Source: Amoeboradix gromovi X-113 (taxonomy: Eukaryota > Fungi > Sanchytriomycota). From it: a stretch of 32,000 nucleotides of DNA. A program made the position numbers and the translations under genes. Each line of letters begins with the position of its first letter. The stretch's first letter is position 1. The notes beneath the pieces are model-generated. The model was not told where the DNA came from. It searched no databases and saw only the letters and a list, made by a program, of their open reading frames with translations. The DNA is taken from positions 1-32,000 of the forward strand of contig JADGIF010000014.1 in NCBI GenBank assembly GCA_018985225.1, read 5' to 3'. This document shows positions 20,498-30,542 of this stretch, piece by piece.

Positions 20498-23089
20498 ATG
20501 TATTCTGTTTTTGTAGTTTTACATAAAGTAAAGAACATTATACCCTCAAAGGTACCAGTATATTTTGAATGCACACTCAACAATGAGAAACTGACATCCG
20601 AGCCCATGGTTGCTACTTCTGAAATGACCGTTGATACCGAGTTGGTGTTTTACCTAAACGAGCAACAATATACCTTTTTAAAGCAGAACAGACTCAACTG
20701 TAAGCTCTCGTGCTATCAAAAACCGAAAAAACTAATTGGTTTTGTTCTGTTGGATGTCCGTAAGAGCGAATCACAATTACCCCCAGTGCATAAAAAATGG
20801 CACACGCTGCTGAATACATCTTATACACCTAGACCGCAGTTATTAATCGGATTTGGAGTTGGTTTGGTCCCTGAAAAACCTAATGAATTTGAAAATGATG
20901 ATGTGCTAAGTCCCGCTCGTTTAATCTCTCAAGCTTTGCAATCTTGGTCGCCTAACATATATTTAAACGTTCATCAAGGTATTGTCTGCATTGGTAATGG
21001 GAAGTCAGTGTTTAGAATGACTTGTACTATCTCAGCTCATTCTGTTACTCAAAATGAATCTATTGCTATGAAATTATTGAATAAAACCATTATACTTGAC
21101 AACTCGAAGTCTACTAGTATACATCAAATGGTATTTGAAGGTGACATAAATGATTTGCTGTTATTTTGGAAATCCACGGTAATAACGATCTTTCACGTTC
21201 AGCATCATTCCATTAAACCTGTTAAACTCCATTCTCATGATTTTATATTATATGACTATCTATCTGGTCTATTCAGTTCTGTAGAACTCGGTCCATTTGC
21301 TATCAAATTAGAATGTATTGGGTTCCCAAAAACCGAAATCGAACAATTGAATAGAAAGAATATTCAGGCGAAAGCTATTGAAAAACCCGATAAGATGGAA
21401 CCGAAGTCTGTTAAGATCTTATCTAACAAGGTATCTCAGGATGACTCTAATGCTTCTATTCTTGAATCTAATCTCAAGTCCAACATAACATCAAATGCAC
21501 CTCATGCCACGCATTCTCCTGCGCACCAATTCAGACTATCCATTGACCTTGTTAGTATAACTCCCCACGTCATGATAAAGTCCCCAATTTCAATTGAATA
21601 TCACTACCAGTTAATTAATCAACAATGCCAGTTTACTACGAACCCATTTAGTACGATCCATAAAATAGAATCATACATATCAAATGGTTTCTGTGCCTAT
21701 GAGTTCATTGTTGATCCTTGTGATTTGTTAAACGTTTTAATCCCTGTTACCATTAACTTGTATTTGGTAAACGAGTATAAAAATAGGGAACTATTAGCTA
21801 CCGCTTCCATCCCTATATCAAATGTCTTGAATGTGGTCAAAACACCAGAGTTGCAAGGAATGGGCGATTTACAACTTGTTGATCATTTAGTACAAATTAG
21901 AAATGTCGGTGATTTAAAATGTACTGTAGCGTTAGAAGACTTTGGAATAATGCAGGATGAAGAGAAGTATGAACAAGAAACGCATTTACAGTTGAGTCAA
22001 CACGAAAACGAGCAAAGTGCTAAACTATTGTCAAAGGAAAAGGAGACTGAGAATATAGCAATAAATGAAGGGAGTTCACCGATACCGCAACATGGAAAAT
22101 CCACCTCCACTCCAAAATCATTTGATAATGATTTGTATAAGCAATTGCATTTGAAATATAAACCTCAGACTACCTCAACCTGTACTCAGACTACTGCACC
22201 CGCTAGCAGTACAGCATTAGGCACTCCTACTGATGGCACAATTATTGCAGCAAACAAGAAACAGTTGGATCATTTATTTACAGGCTATAAACAAGTTGAA
22301 CAGTTAATCCAGGAAGTAGAACAATTAGAAAATACATTGACCGATAAGCTGAGTGAGTTGGCGAGTAATAACTTGGACCTAATAAAGTCTAAGCAGCTAA
22401 TGAATCAAACCAAGGAATCCTTACTATCACAACATGAGTCTGTTGTCAGTGAGTTAAAAGTACAGCATCAGAATGAATTAAAGAAACAGTTACTTGAGAT
22501 CGAACATTATAAGGAATTGAGTAACAAATTGACTAACAAATCAGTAATATTGCAGCAACAAAATAAAGAGTTGGCTCGTCAAGTTGATGACGGTAAACAG
22601 CAGCTGATGACTGTAAAACAGACCTTTAACAACACCAACATATCGCAGTTACAGCAGGATAATTACACGCTAAAAGAAGGCCAAATACAATTGTCAAACA
22701 AACTACAGAAATCAGAGCAGGTCAAACAGTTTTACAAAGACAAGTGTAAAGAGATACAATCCGTGTTTGATGTGTACAAGCAGCAGCACGCAAATGAGAA
22801 GAGCAGCAAAATGGACAAGGATGCTAAAATGGTCGAGAATATGAAATGGCGCTATATGCTACAGGAAGAGGAAAAGAAGAATCAGCGAGACATTGGAGTA
22901 TTAGAACAGCTGCAAATGGAGCTGATGGGTATTAAAAGTAATAAAAAGAGCAATAATATAATAAGCACCGGAGATGCTGAATTGGATAGACTGGTTCATG
23001 AAAAGAGAGATTTATTGAAGACAGGACTATACTACAACACAGACCCAGTAATACTGCAGATAAATGAGAAGATAAAAAGTATGGCATAA
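20498..23089 (+). CDS. CEP120: Centriolar protein CEP120-like (C2 domains plus coiled-coil), 863 aa
   Basis: N-terminal C2 (IGFVLLDVR...WHTLLN), third C2 (HQFRLSIDL...NGFCAYEF...LEDFG), long coiled-coil, and the C-terminal signature LVHEKRDLLKTGLYYNTDPVILQINEKI. Confidence 0.88.
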   Translation: MYSVFVVLHKVKNIIPSKVPVYFECTLNNEKLTSEPMVATSEMTVDTELVFYLNEQQYTFLKQNRLNCKLSCYQKPKKLIGFVLLDVRKSESQLPPVHKKWHTLLNTSYTPRPQLLIGFGVGLVPEKPNEFENDDVLSPARLISQALQSWSPNIYLNVHQGIVCIGNGKSVFRMTCTISAHSVTQNESIAMKLLNKTIILDNSKSTSIHQMVFEGDINDLLLFWKSTVITIFHVQHHSIKPVKLHSHDFILYDYLSGLFSSVELGPFAIKLECIGFPKTEIEQLNRKNIQAKAIEKPDKMEPKSVKILSNKVSQDDSNASILESNLKSNITSNAPHATHSPAHQFRLSIDLVSITPHVMIKSPISIEYHYQLINQQCQFTTNPFSTIHKIESYISNGFCAYEFIVDPCDLLNVLIPVTINLYLVNEYKNRELLATASIPISNVLNVVKTPELQGMGDLQLVDHLVQIRNVGDLKCTVALEDFGIMQDEEKYEQETHLQLSQHENEQSAKLLSKEKETENIAINEGSSPIPQHGKSTSTPKSFDNDLYKQLHLKYKPQTTSTCTQTTAPASSTALGTPTDGTIIAANKKQLDHLFTGYKQVEQLIQEVEQLENTLTDKLSELASNNLDLIKSKQLMNQTKESLLSQHESVVSELKVQHQNELKKQLLEIEHYKELSNKLTNKSVILQQQNKELARQVDDGKQQLMTVKQTFNNTNISQLQQDNYTLKEGQIQLSNKLQKSEQVKQFYKDKCKEIQSVFDVYKQQHANEKSSKMDKDAKMVENMKWRYMLQEEEKKNQRDIGVLEQLQMELMGIKSNKKSNNIISTGDAELDRLVHEKRDLLKTGLYYNTDPVILQINEKIKSMA

Positions 23090-23209
23090 TAAATAAATGT
23101 ATTCTACTTGCTGTAGTCCAAGCACTTTGGGTATAAGACTTGAGGGAGTAAAATAGGTGAGAAAAGTGAAAAGAACGGCTGAGCAACCAAATTTGCATCG
23201 CGTGCTTCA

Positions 23210-24160
23210 TCAGGCGATCCATGATACTACCCATTTAACATTAGTTAGAAAACATTTACAAGCCTTGGCCCATTTATCATCAAACGTACACTGAATTGTC
23301 AAGTTATTGATCATGTCCTTTTGAATTTTATATGGAACAGTAAAACGGTCATCCCTTAATGACGCGGCATGCTCTATCTCTAACAGGCATTCTAAAAGAC
23401 CAACCAGTGCTCTATTGTAGTTTTGCCTTTGGAAAAAAAGCATTGCAAACGTTTCCGTTTGATAATAAAGTGGATAAGACTTTTTATCCTCTATGTTTAT
23501 TAATCGAGAATAACTGCCCAATGCTTGTATTTCCCATTTTGTAAACTTTAAATTGAGTTTGTGAGCAATTACATTGAACAACAAAGCACAATAACCGGTG
23601 GCAGCGTTTGTCTCTAACCAGTCGTCTGTAGTCGTACACGCGCCCATTCTGCACCCTATTAAACTAGCAAACCCGCTAATGTCTACAATCTTAAATATGT
23701 CTTTTAGAACACCTTGGTCCATAAGTGTTTGTAAGTAGCTAAACTGTTCACTGGCTTTAGTAACCTTGGCATTCAAAGAATGACGGTGTTTTTTAAATTG
23801 GAAAAGTTCCTCCTGATGAATGTTGTACTCCACAAAATGCTCTTGTTCTCGCTTCTTAAGCTCCTCTTCTTGTAGCAATAATGCTTCATGTTCAATTTCC
23901 AAATCCTTTAAAGTGGACTCTAGAGAATGTCGCTCTTTTGTTAGAGCATTATATTCTTGATTTAGCTGATCAATAGACTCACTGTCAAATTCACCAGCAT
24001 TGGTTAACTCACTTGTCATAAACTGTTGGCAAGTCCTTATGCTCTTATGCAACAAGGTCAACTGCTGTTGTAGTTGGCTAACCTGTAAATCAGCACAAGA
24101 AGAACAAAGCGACAAACGTGATTCATTTAAATGGACAGAACAAGTTGAACAAACAGTCAT
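23210..24160 (-). CDS. ATG6: Beclin/Atg6/Vps30, 316 aa
   Basis: N-terminal CxxC...CxxC, coiled-coil and BARA domain (FASLIGCRMG, WLETNAATG, VPYKIQKD, KWAKACKCFLTNVKW). Confidence 0.92.
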   Translation of the reverse strand: MTVCSTCSVHLNESRLSLCSSCADLQVSQLQQQLTLLHKSIRTCQQFMTSELTNAGEFDSESIDQLNQEYNALTKERHSLESTLKDLEIEHEALLLQEEELKKREQEHFVEYNIHQEELFQFKKHRHSLNAKVTKASEQFSYLQTLMDQGVLKDIFKIVDISGFASLIGCRMGACTTTDDWLETNAATGYCALLFNVIAHKLNLKFTKWEIQALGSYSRLINIEDKKSYPLYYQTETFAMLFFQRQNYNRALVGLLECLLEIEHAASLRDDRFTVPYKIQKDMINNLTIQCTFDDKWAKACKCFLTNVKWVVSWIA

Positions 24161-24389
24161 GTTTCAAAAACAGTTTTTCTAATTAAGAATTGCCAAGATC
24201 GCTCTTAAAATGTTTCTACGGAGATTTCATGTCTTGATATAAGCTACACGTCATTAACGTGTTGTAGCCGGGTAATAGTTAAGTTACTAGTACTTGCAAT
24301 TTAATTCCGCTAATTGAAGAGAGCTTGATTAAAAGTATTGAGGTGTAGAGAAAAGAATTCAGTTTAAGAATTAGAAATGCATTTATTAT

Positions 24390-26496
24390 TCAATCGTCAA
24401 ATAGTCTGTTATCCTCACCTTGCAAGTCTGTATATCTAACTTGCCTAAATCTATCACTTAATCCAAATGGTAATTCACCATGTCTTCTCAGATATAACAT
24501 TAAAAAGAATCCTGCTATGCCTATAGCAGTAGGTATCAATATGATGGCTAAAATCGCTCCAACTCCCATTGACCCGCAACTCTCTATAATTGGACTACTC
24601 ATATCTATTCCTCCTCTACATGCATTGCCTGGGTTTAACCGGTACCCACTACTTCTAACTCTCTGTCCATTTACGCAGGGAAATTCGAGGACTAGATCTG
24701 TTGCTACACACTTGCCATTTTGTAATTGAAATCCGTAATCACACTCATAATCCAGTCTGCTGCATCCACAGGGCTTTTGATCCACCTGCAATTTAGTCAT
24801 ATAGCATATATCGTTTGTATTCTTACGATGAACAGTCATTTCAGCACCAAATATGCAATTACTGTGGCTCCCACTAGTCGGTACAGTAATTAGTGTTGGG
24901 GAAGTTTGATCACTGCTGCAATTGTCACCAAGAAATGCCTTGAAATCAACCACAATAGCTTGATGCCCACCCTGTTGATCGTCCCCACCTAAGAACAACA
25001 TTGCTTTTTCACTGTTTTCATCCGCTGTACCGATAGATAAAGTATAAGTGCCGCTTAAAGACAGTTCTTCGATATTTTTAAACTCATCAACTGTATAATA
25101 GATTTTTTCAACTGGGACTCCAGACTGAAATAGAACAATTACGCTGCCATAATTCAAAAACTCAAAATCATAGGGGGCATCAAATATTTTATGCCATGAC
25201 AGACCTGCATCCACACTATAGTAAGTATTGGCCTGGCCTCCGGCTGGGTCTATTCCCGCACCTGTATTTCCTACTCCCACAATAATCCCAGGACTGTTTT
25301 TTGAGTCAAAAAAATGGCGACTATCTTTTGCAGAAGTGTATCCGTATAGATTCAAGTCTAAAATGTTGTTGTCCACTAGCATTGTAAGAGGAAACCAGGT
25401 GTTTCCATTGTCATAGGATATTTTAGTGTGCAAGCTATTACCAACATTTACATTGGCAAAATGTATGGCTCGAATGCCCTCTAAACTAGAGGTATCCACT
25501 CCATTGTGATTTCTATACGTATTGTCGAGTGTTTTGGTAAAATAAGTTCCATTGTAGTTGCTTACATAGAGGTTACCAAGGTTATCAGACTGTTTAACAT
25601 CAATAAATAACCTCCCACCAGCTGAATCGGTAGCAGTAATAGAATCGGCCGATTCATATGGAGGTGAGAATTGAGCGCGGCTGAATGAAATCCCGTCAAT
25701 AGAAATGTCAACGACTAATCCCTTGGTATTGTCAATCAGGCCGCCAACAATAAAGGAGCCATACATCGAGAACACTTTTATACTATCTCTATCAAATACG
25801 GATATGCTTGATTGAAAGAAATCATCAGAAGCAATCATAGCAGAATCGGACGTTTGACATAACACAGCCGTACGAGGAGTGGTTAGCAGATTTCGCGAAT
25901 GAGCCCATATGCACTTCTTTGGGTTGTTTAATGTTTTCCACTCATCACCGTCGTTGACTGAGTAATAATAAATGCAGTCCATAGACACGAATTCTCCAGG
26001 CAGGCAAGATTTAACTATAAACCAATTATCTTCGAACGGATGAACTAAAAACTCGACAATGCCTCTAACCTTCCCATCTGACGACTTGGGTACCGGTATA
26101 TTTTTCACGGATGTCTTTTCCAAGGAATCTGTATATTTAGATACTCTATCAAATCCGTGAATGTACAAGATGTTGATTTTCTCAGGATGGCGAACTATTT
26201 GTATGTTTTGGGCTGATATAAGTGGTCGAGAGTCCAATTTGCCATCTTCTCTACTTACTACATAAGCTGTAGCAGAACTGCCCTCGTTATCGGGGCTAAT
26301 ATACACGATTTGATCATTGAAGAAAAGAGCTTTGATTGCAGAGTATGCAACCTTTTTTTTCAATATTTGAATTTCGCCTCTGACTGTATCGGATGTTGAT
26401 ACCATTTGTGTCAAAAATAAAATTTATAAGTGGACAAAGTAATTCACAAATTCGAAGACAAGACAAAATGTAACATGGTTTTGAATCTATGAGCAT
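24390..26496 (-). CDS. VPS10: Vps10/sortilin-family sorting receptor with a single Vps10 domain. The 5' end is uncertain: either ATG 26496 with candidate intron 26384-26402 (695 aa) or ATG 26405
   Basis: BNR/Asp-box repeats (SVNDGDEW, SYDNGNTW, SVDAGLSW), GNLYVSNYNGTYF, 10CC region (CSRLDYECDYGF, GYRLNPGNACRGG), TM helix and tail YTDL motif. Confidence 0.9.
26384..26402 (-). other. Candidate 19-nt intron GTATCAACATCCGATACAG
   Basis: Exactly 19 nt, GTAT start, CAG end and A at position 14. It joins the upstream ATG-initiated ORF (26496) in frame to VPS10, but lacks the T at position 12. Confidence 0.45.
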
Positions 26497-27324
26497 AATT
26501 TTAGACCATTTGGCGGGAGTGAACTTGGTGAAACTAGATGTTACTATACCTGTAGAGACAATGATTTTATGGGATATAAAGTGACTAAGTCGTCTCTTGA
26601 ACGCAGTAATATCAACTTAGAGCGTAACTTTGGATCTAGGGTTAATTTTAATGATTGTACGGAGATGTCAGAGATACTAAAAAGTACAGTGCCTGCAAAA
26701 GCTGATACGAAGAAAAGAACTTGAGAGAGCTATGTTTTCGGGACATCGGCTCTGTATATTGATGTTATTTCTGATTGTGGCCATCATGAGTCAGTACTAA
26801 CTGGAGTGATGTTGTTCCTGAATTGTGCTTCGATGGTGTTAAGGGAATTAAAGTGTTGAAGTCTTTAACTGAAGAGATCACAAATGGACTTTGTCACACT
26901 TTATTCAGCTGTGCTTAATAGAAGGCATTCTTATAAGTACATCAATTTACAACTGTCCCAGTAGTGTAATGTTAATATGGTGTTCGAGTTCAGAACAGGA
27001 AAACTATGCTGATTTTATCATACGAGATAGGGACAAAACAGTCACAAGTTATAGCTGCCAAAGAATTCCGTTGTCAAAATGGTTACAAAGTCATTAGGAC
27101 AACACTTATGTGAACGAAAAATGAATTGCACAGTTATTTGAACAGGTTGGCGGCATAGCCTCTGAATGAACCATAATCATGGGACGGTATCAGGGATTTT
27201 GTCGACTGGGCCATTTTCGCAAACTCTGTCCCATTGGGTGCTAATCAATATACTAGCCCAATCAGCATTTGATGGAATTGATTGGTAGGAAAAATAGATA
27301 AATTTGAGACCACCCCTTGTTATT

Positions 27325-27690
27325 ATGCGTCAGAAGTTTAAAGAGGAACACAGCTTTGAAAAGCGAAAACAAGAATCACAAAGAATAAGAGAAAAATATC
27401 CAGACCGTATTCCGGTAATCTGTGAAAAGGCCGATCATTCAGATATTCCAGCCATCGATAAAAAGAAATATTTGGTGCCAAGTGATTTAACAGTTGGTCA
27501 ATTTGTTTACGTAATAAGAAAGAGAATTAGTCTAGCGCCTGAGAAGGCAATATTTGTCTTTATTAATAATCAGGTACCACCATCCGGTACCTTACTCTCG
27601 CTTTTGTATGAAAATAATAAGGACGAAGACGGGTTTCTATATTTAGTCTATAGCGGTGAAAATGTCTTTGGCGATGTTCCAAAGGAATAA
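27325..27690 (+). CDS. ATG8: Autophagy ubiquitin-like protein Atg8, 121 aa
   Basis: [48 protein letters not shown] and ENVFG (Gly116) followed by a 5-residue extension. The ORF track starts at an upstream TTG. Confidence 0.99.
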   Translation: MRQKFKEEHSFEKRKQESQRIREKYPDRIPVICEKADHSDIPAIDKKKYLVPSDLTVGQFVYVIRKRISLAPEKAIFVFINNQVPPSGTLLSLLYENNKDEDGFLYLVYSGENVFGDVPKE

Positions 27691-27763
27691 TTTTATTAGT
27701 AAACTCTTTTTATAATCTTATTTGCTAAAGGGGTACGATAAAACGACCCTCAGAAAATTGTAA

Positions 27764-28294
27764 ATGGTAAGTGAAAAAGACTATCTAGTTGACTATGAAG
27801 AGCAAATTTATGAGCTTCAGAGACAAAATAAGGAATTATTGGAGAAGCTAAGAATATCTGAAGTGAACACTCGAGAGCTAAAAGACAGAAATGATATGTT
27901 GCAATCTCAGATATCAGACGTTGAGGACAAATTCATTTCGATGCGTGAACAATACGATACCACTATAACAACTCTGAAGTCTAAGATGTCTTTGAGCAGT
28001 GATGCAACTGTTGTACAAGATGCCAGTGTAAACAACATTGTTTGTGGTGAGAAATCAGCTTATAAAGATCTTTATGAGGACTCACAACAGGAAATGGAGA
28101 GCATTTTCTTATCAATTGAAAAGCTCAAGGAATCTAATTTGCGCTTATGTGAGGAAAACAATGAATTGAATGGGATTTTAAAAAATCAATTCATTCGTAA
28201 GTCAATTGAAAAGATGCAAGTAGATTCAATTTTTGACCATGACCCAAAGAAGGAAACCCTATTTGAAAGCATTAAGAAGTTTTTAAGTAAGTAG
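27764..28294 (+). CDS. Hypothetical coiled-coil protein, 176 aa (possibly exon 1 of the next gene)
   Basis: ATG-initiated ORF with clear heptad E/K/L/Q pattern; no recognised family. Confidence 0.75.
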   Translation: MVSEKDYLVDYEEQIYELQRQNKELLEKLRISEVNTRELKDRNDMLQSQISDVEDKFISMREQYDTTITTLKSKMSLSSDATVVQDASVNNIVCGEKSAYKDLYEDSQQEMESIFLSIEKLKESNLRLCEENNELNGILKNQFIRKSIEKMQVDSIFDHDPKKETLFESIKKFLSK

Positions 28295-28329
28295 TCCTCG
28301 TTTTAGTAAATTTATTTGAAACTTATTTT

Positions 28330-29394
28330 ATGAATTCGTATCTTTATCTACACTACCGACCCTTAAACTACAGTAGTATTCCTAAAGTCGAATATAATTT
28401 GAATTTTCTAAATGAGTCTGGCCAAATTCTTTCCATAGGTCAACAAAGACTGGATGTATATTACAAAGATCGAAAGCACACTTACTGTATACAAAATAGT
28501 GAAATATGTAGAGATGCCAATGATTATGACAATTTTATAACTTCTACTCTGTCAAACTTTTATCTAACTAAAGAAGAATCCTTGTTTACATTGATATTAA
28601 ACCCAGATAAAAATGTAACAATGCCGCTAAATCCTGTTCACATCCTTCAAACTCCAACTCAATCTTTATTAGACACTAGCAAATATCTTATTAAAGTTAA
28701 TGCTTCAAATGTAGCATTTGATAAAGCTGCCTGTTCGACGGTAATCCCAACTAACATCACATACAGTTCTGAAGCCGAAAGCATTAAAGAAGCAATAGAT
28801 TGTACGCTATCCTATCAGTCTAATATAGTTCCAAATAACACGGATCAAATATGGATGTGGGACAAGGATCAGCCTGAAATTGGCGATATTGGATGTGTAG
28901 TTGCATTAAAGAATGGCAAGTGGAAAAGTTTTGCATGCGGTGAGCCTACCAGATTTGCCTGCCAGTCACTTGATGATCCTTTAAAATGGATAGTCTCTGA
29001 GAAATTTGCATCGTTCCAAAATATAATTTGGGATAAAACTATAAATTGCCCTGATGGATACAAGTTTGGCGTTCCTAGATTGCCTATAATTCAGCGTCGA
29101 CTTACTAGCGTAATGGTTGACAATAAATTAGACCTTATTTTGATAAATCTTTCCGATGTTTGGGTTCCGGGATGCTATCGTGAGAATGCTGATGAATGCT
29201 TGTACATGAAGGTAGATCGTCAAACAAGGTTGGTAACTGTTTCAATTGTTGGTGGATTGATAATGTTGATTTTAACATTTTTATGTGTTTACTTAAATTA
29301 TAAAAGGTATTCCAAATATATGAAAAATGAAAGGAGGCGTAGGGATGTGGCTGAGAAGTTAAGATTAATTCAACTGAATAATGTCCCAAAGTAA
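28330..29394 (+). CDS. Membrane glycoprotein with a C-type-lectin-like module resembling the C-terminal part of fungal Mtc6-like proteins, 354 aa
   Basis: WMWDKDQP...C...NGKWKSFAC...RFACQ...DPLKW...CPDGYKFGVPR pattern, several N-x-S/T sites, and a C-terminal TM helix followed by a basic tail. No obvious signal peptide. Confidence 0.7.
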   Translation: MNSYLYLHYRPLNYSSIPKVEYNLNFLNESGQILSIGQQRLDVYYKDRKHTYCIQNSEICRDANDYDNFITSTLSNFYLTKEESLFTLILNPDKNVTMPLNPVHILQTPTQSLLDTSKYLIKVNASNVAFDKAACSTVIPTNITYSSEAESIKEAIDCTLSYQSNIVPNNTDQIWMWDKDQPEIGDIGCVVALKNGKWKSFACGEPTRFACQSLDDPLKWIVSEKFASFQNIIWDKTINCPDGYKFGVPRLPIIQRRLTSVMVDNKLDLILINLSDVWVPGCYRENADECLYMKVDRQTRLVTVSIVGGLIMLILTFLCVYLNYKRYSKYMKNERRRRDVAEKLRLIQLNNVPK

Positions 29395-29408
29395 ATCAAA
29401 ATAAATTT

Positions 29409-30542
29409 TTATTTAAAACTATATTTGCTATATATGCTTGACATTGACCCTCTGTTGTTCAATGAGTTTAATGGGCTTTGCCCTGCTTCAAACTCGTCTA
29501 CTTCCTCAATAAATGGACTGCCTTTGTGATCATGTTCTAAACTAGGGCCTAGCACGGCGTACAAACAAGCTGTCATGATTAAATAAACAAACCGGAAACA
29601 CCCAAAAAAGAATTCTACAATCGCTTCTAACCCTAGAATAAAGACACCTACTGGAGCGTTATCATCACCGTTATCCACAGTGCTCTGACCGGAAGCAGAT
29701 GCTCTTAATTCGTCAAATAATGATGACAATCCATTTCTCAAGTCAACCGTAGATGGTGCTTTTTGATTTCTTAAATTATTAGACTTGGATTCATATTTGC
29801 TCATCTCAAGAGAATCTTTCATACTTTGGATACGCTCTCTTTGACCATCATATTCCTGTTTGACGTTGGTAAGATATTCAACTTCGACTTCCAACTGATC
29901 AACGAGTTTGTCCAGCTCATCCCTATCCTCTATAACCTCATTCAACTCTTTTTTTAGTTCCTTGATGGTGGATTTCTCGTTAAGTGACCTCTGGTTCAAA
30001 ACATAAACCTCATTTTGCAATTCTTCTAATACATCGATGCTAGAATCTTCGCGCGATAGCAACTTGATTTGCGACTTTTCTTTTTGAAGGAATAGTTTTT
30101 CATCTTCCAAATTCAGCTGAATTTGTTCCATTTCGTATACCTGACTCTTAAGATTCTCAATCTCACTTTCATATGTGTCTATGCATGTTTGAGTATGTTT
30201 GCGTTCACTTTTCAATGAGTTCTCCAAATTTTCGTTGCTAATTTGTAGACTTGTGATGTATTCCTCAAGTTCTGCAATTGTTGTCGAATTAGTCTGTGGC
30301 ATATGCATTTGTTGCAAAGAGTTGTATTTGAACACAATGTCATCATACTGAGTTTTCAAGTAATTCAGATCATCTTTGGCATTCTTATTATCTTCTTGTA
30401 TTTCCCTTAACTGTCCATTAATTTCTTCGTTTTTTGACTCAACTAACTTCTCATAGAGTTCAGTTAATCTTGACTTGTCTGATTCTTTAATTTCTAGCAT
30501 TTCTAACTCGCTTAAAAATAAAAGTGCTGTGGAATCAATCAT
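29409..30542 (-). CDS. Acidic coiled-coil protein with a C-terminal hydrophobic membrane anchor (golgin-like architecture), 377 aa from ATG 30542
   Basis: About 250 aa of heptads, then GVFILGLEAIVEFFFGCFRFVYLIMTACLYAVLGP. The ATG context TTCAAAAATG resembles other starts here; the ORF track begins at an upstream GTG. Confidence 0.8.
   Translation of the reverse strand: MIDSTALLFLSELEMLEIKESDKSRLTELYEKLVESKNEEINGQLREIQEDNKNAKDDLNYLKTQYDDIVFKYNSLQQMHMPQTNSTTIAELEEYITSLQISNENLENSLKSERKHTQTCIDTYESEIENLKSQVYEMEQIQLNLEDEKLFLQKEKSQIKLLSREDSSIDVLEELQNEVYVLNQRSLNEKSTIKELKKELNEVIEDRDELDKLVDQLEVEVEYLTNVKQEYDGQRERIQSMKDSLEMSKYESKSNNLRNQKAPSTVDLRNGLSSLFDELRASASGQSTVDNGDDNAPVGVFILGLEAIVEFFFGCFRFVYLIMTACLYAVLGPSLEHDHKGSPFIEEVDEFEAGQSPLNSLNNRGSMSSIYSKYSFK

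Noticed and set aside
23185-23235. Possible intron at the ATG6 3' end linking to ORF 22932-23234
   Set aside because: ATG6 already ends at the normal Beclin terminus (LTNVKWVVSWIA*), and the candidate GT-AG spans are 23 and 26 nt and do not fit the local consensus.
26489-26584. Short + strand frame containing VKLDVTIPVE, reminiscent of retroelement restriction-like endonucleases
   Set aside because: Only 31 codons, with no other supporting motif in frame.
26960-26992. tRNA-like A-box (TAGTGTAATG) and B-box (GTTCGAGTTC)
   Set aside because: The boxes are only about 10 nt apart, and no anticodon arm or acceptor stem can be formed.
28338-28356. 19-nt GTATCTTTATCTACACTAC just after the ATG of the lectin-like gene
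   Set aside because: It ends in AC rather than AG, has no A at position 14, and the ORF is intact without splicing.
1143-29389. Numerous 60-120 aa ORFs antisense to or nested in the major genes
   Set aside because: Shadow ORFs of real coding sequences with no recognisable motifs.
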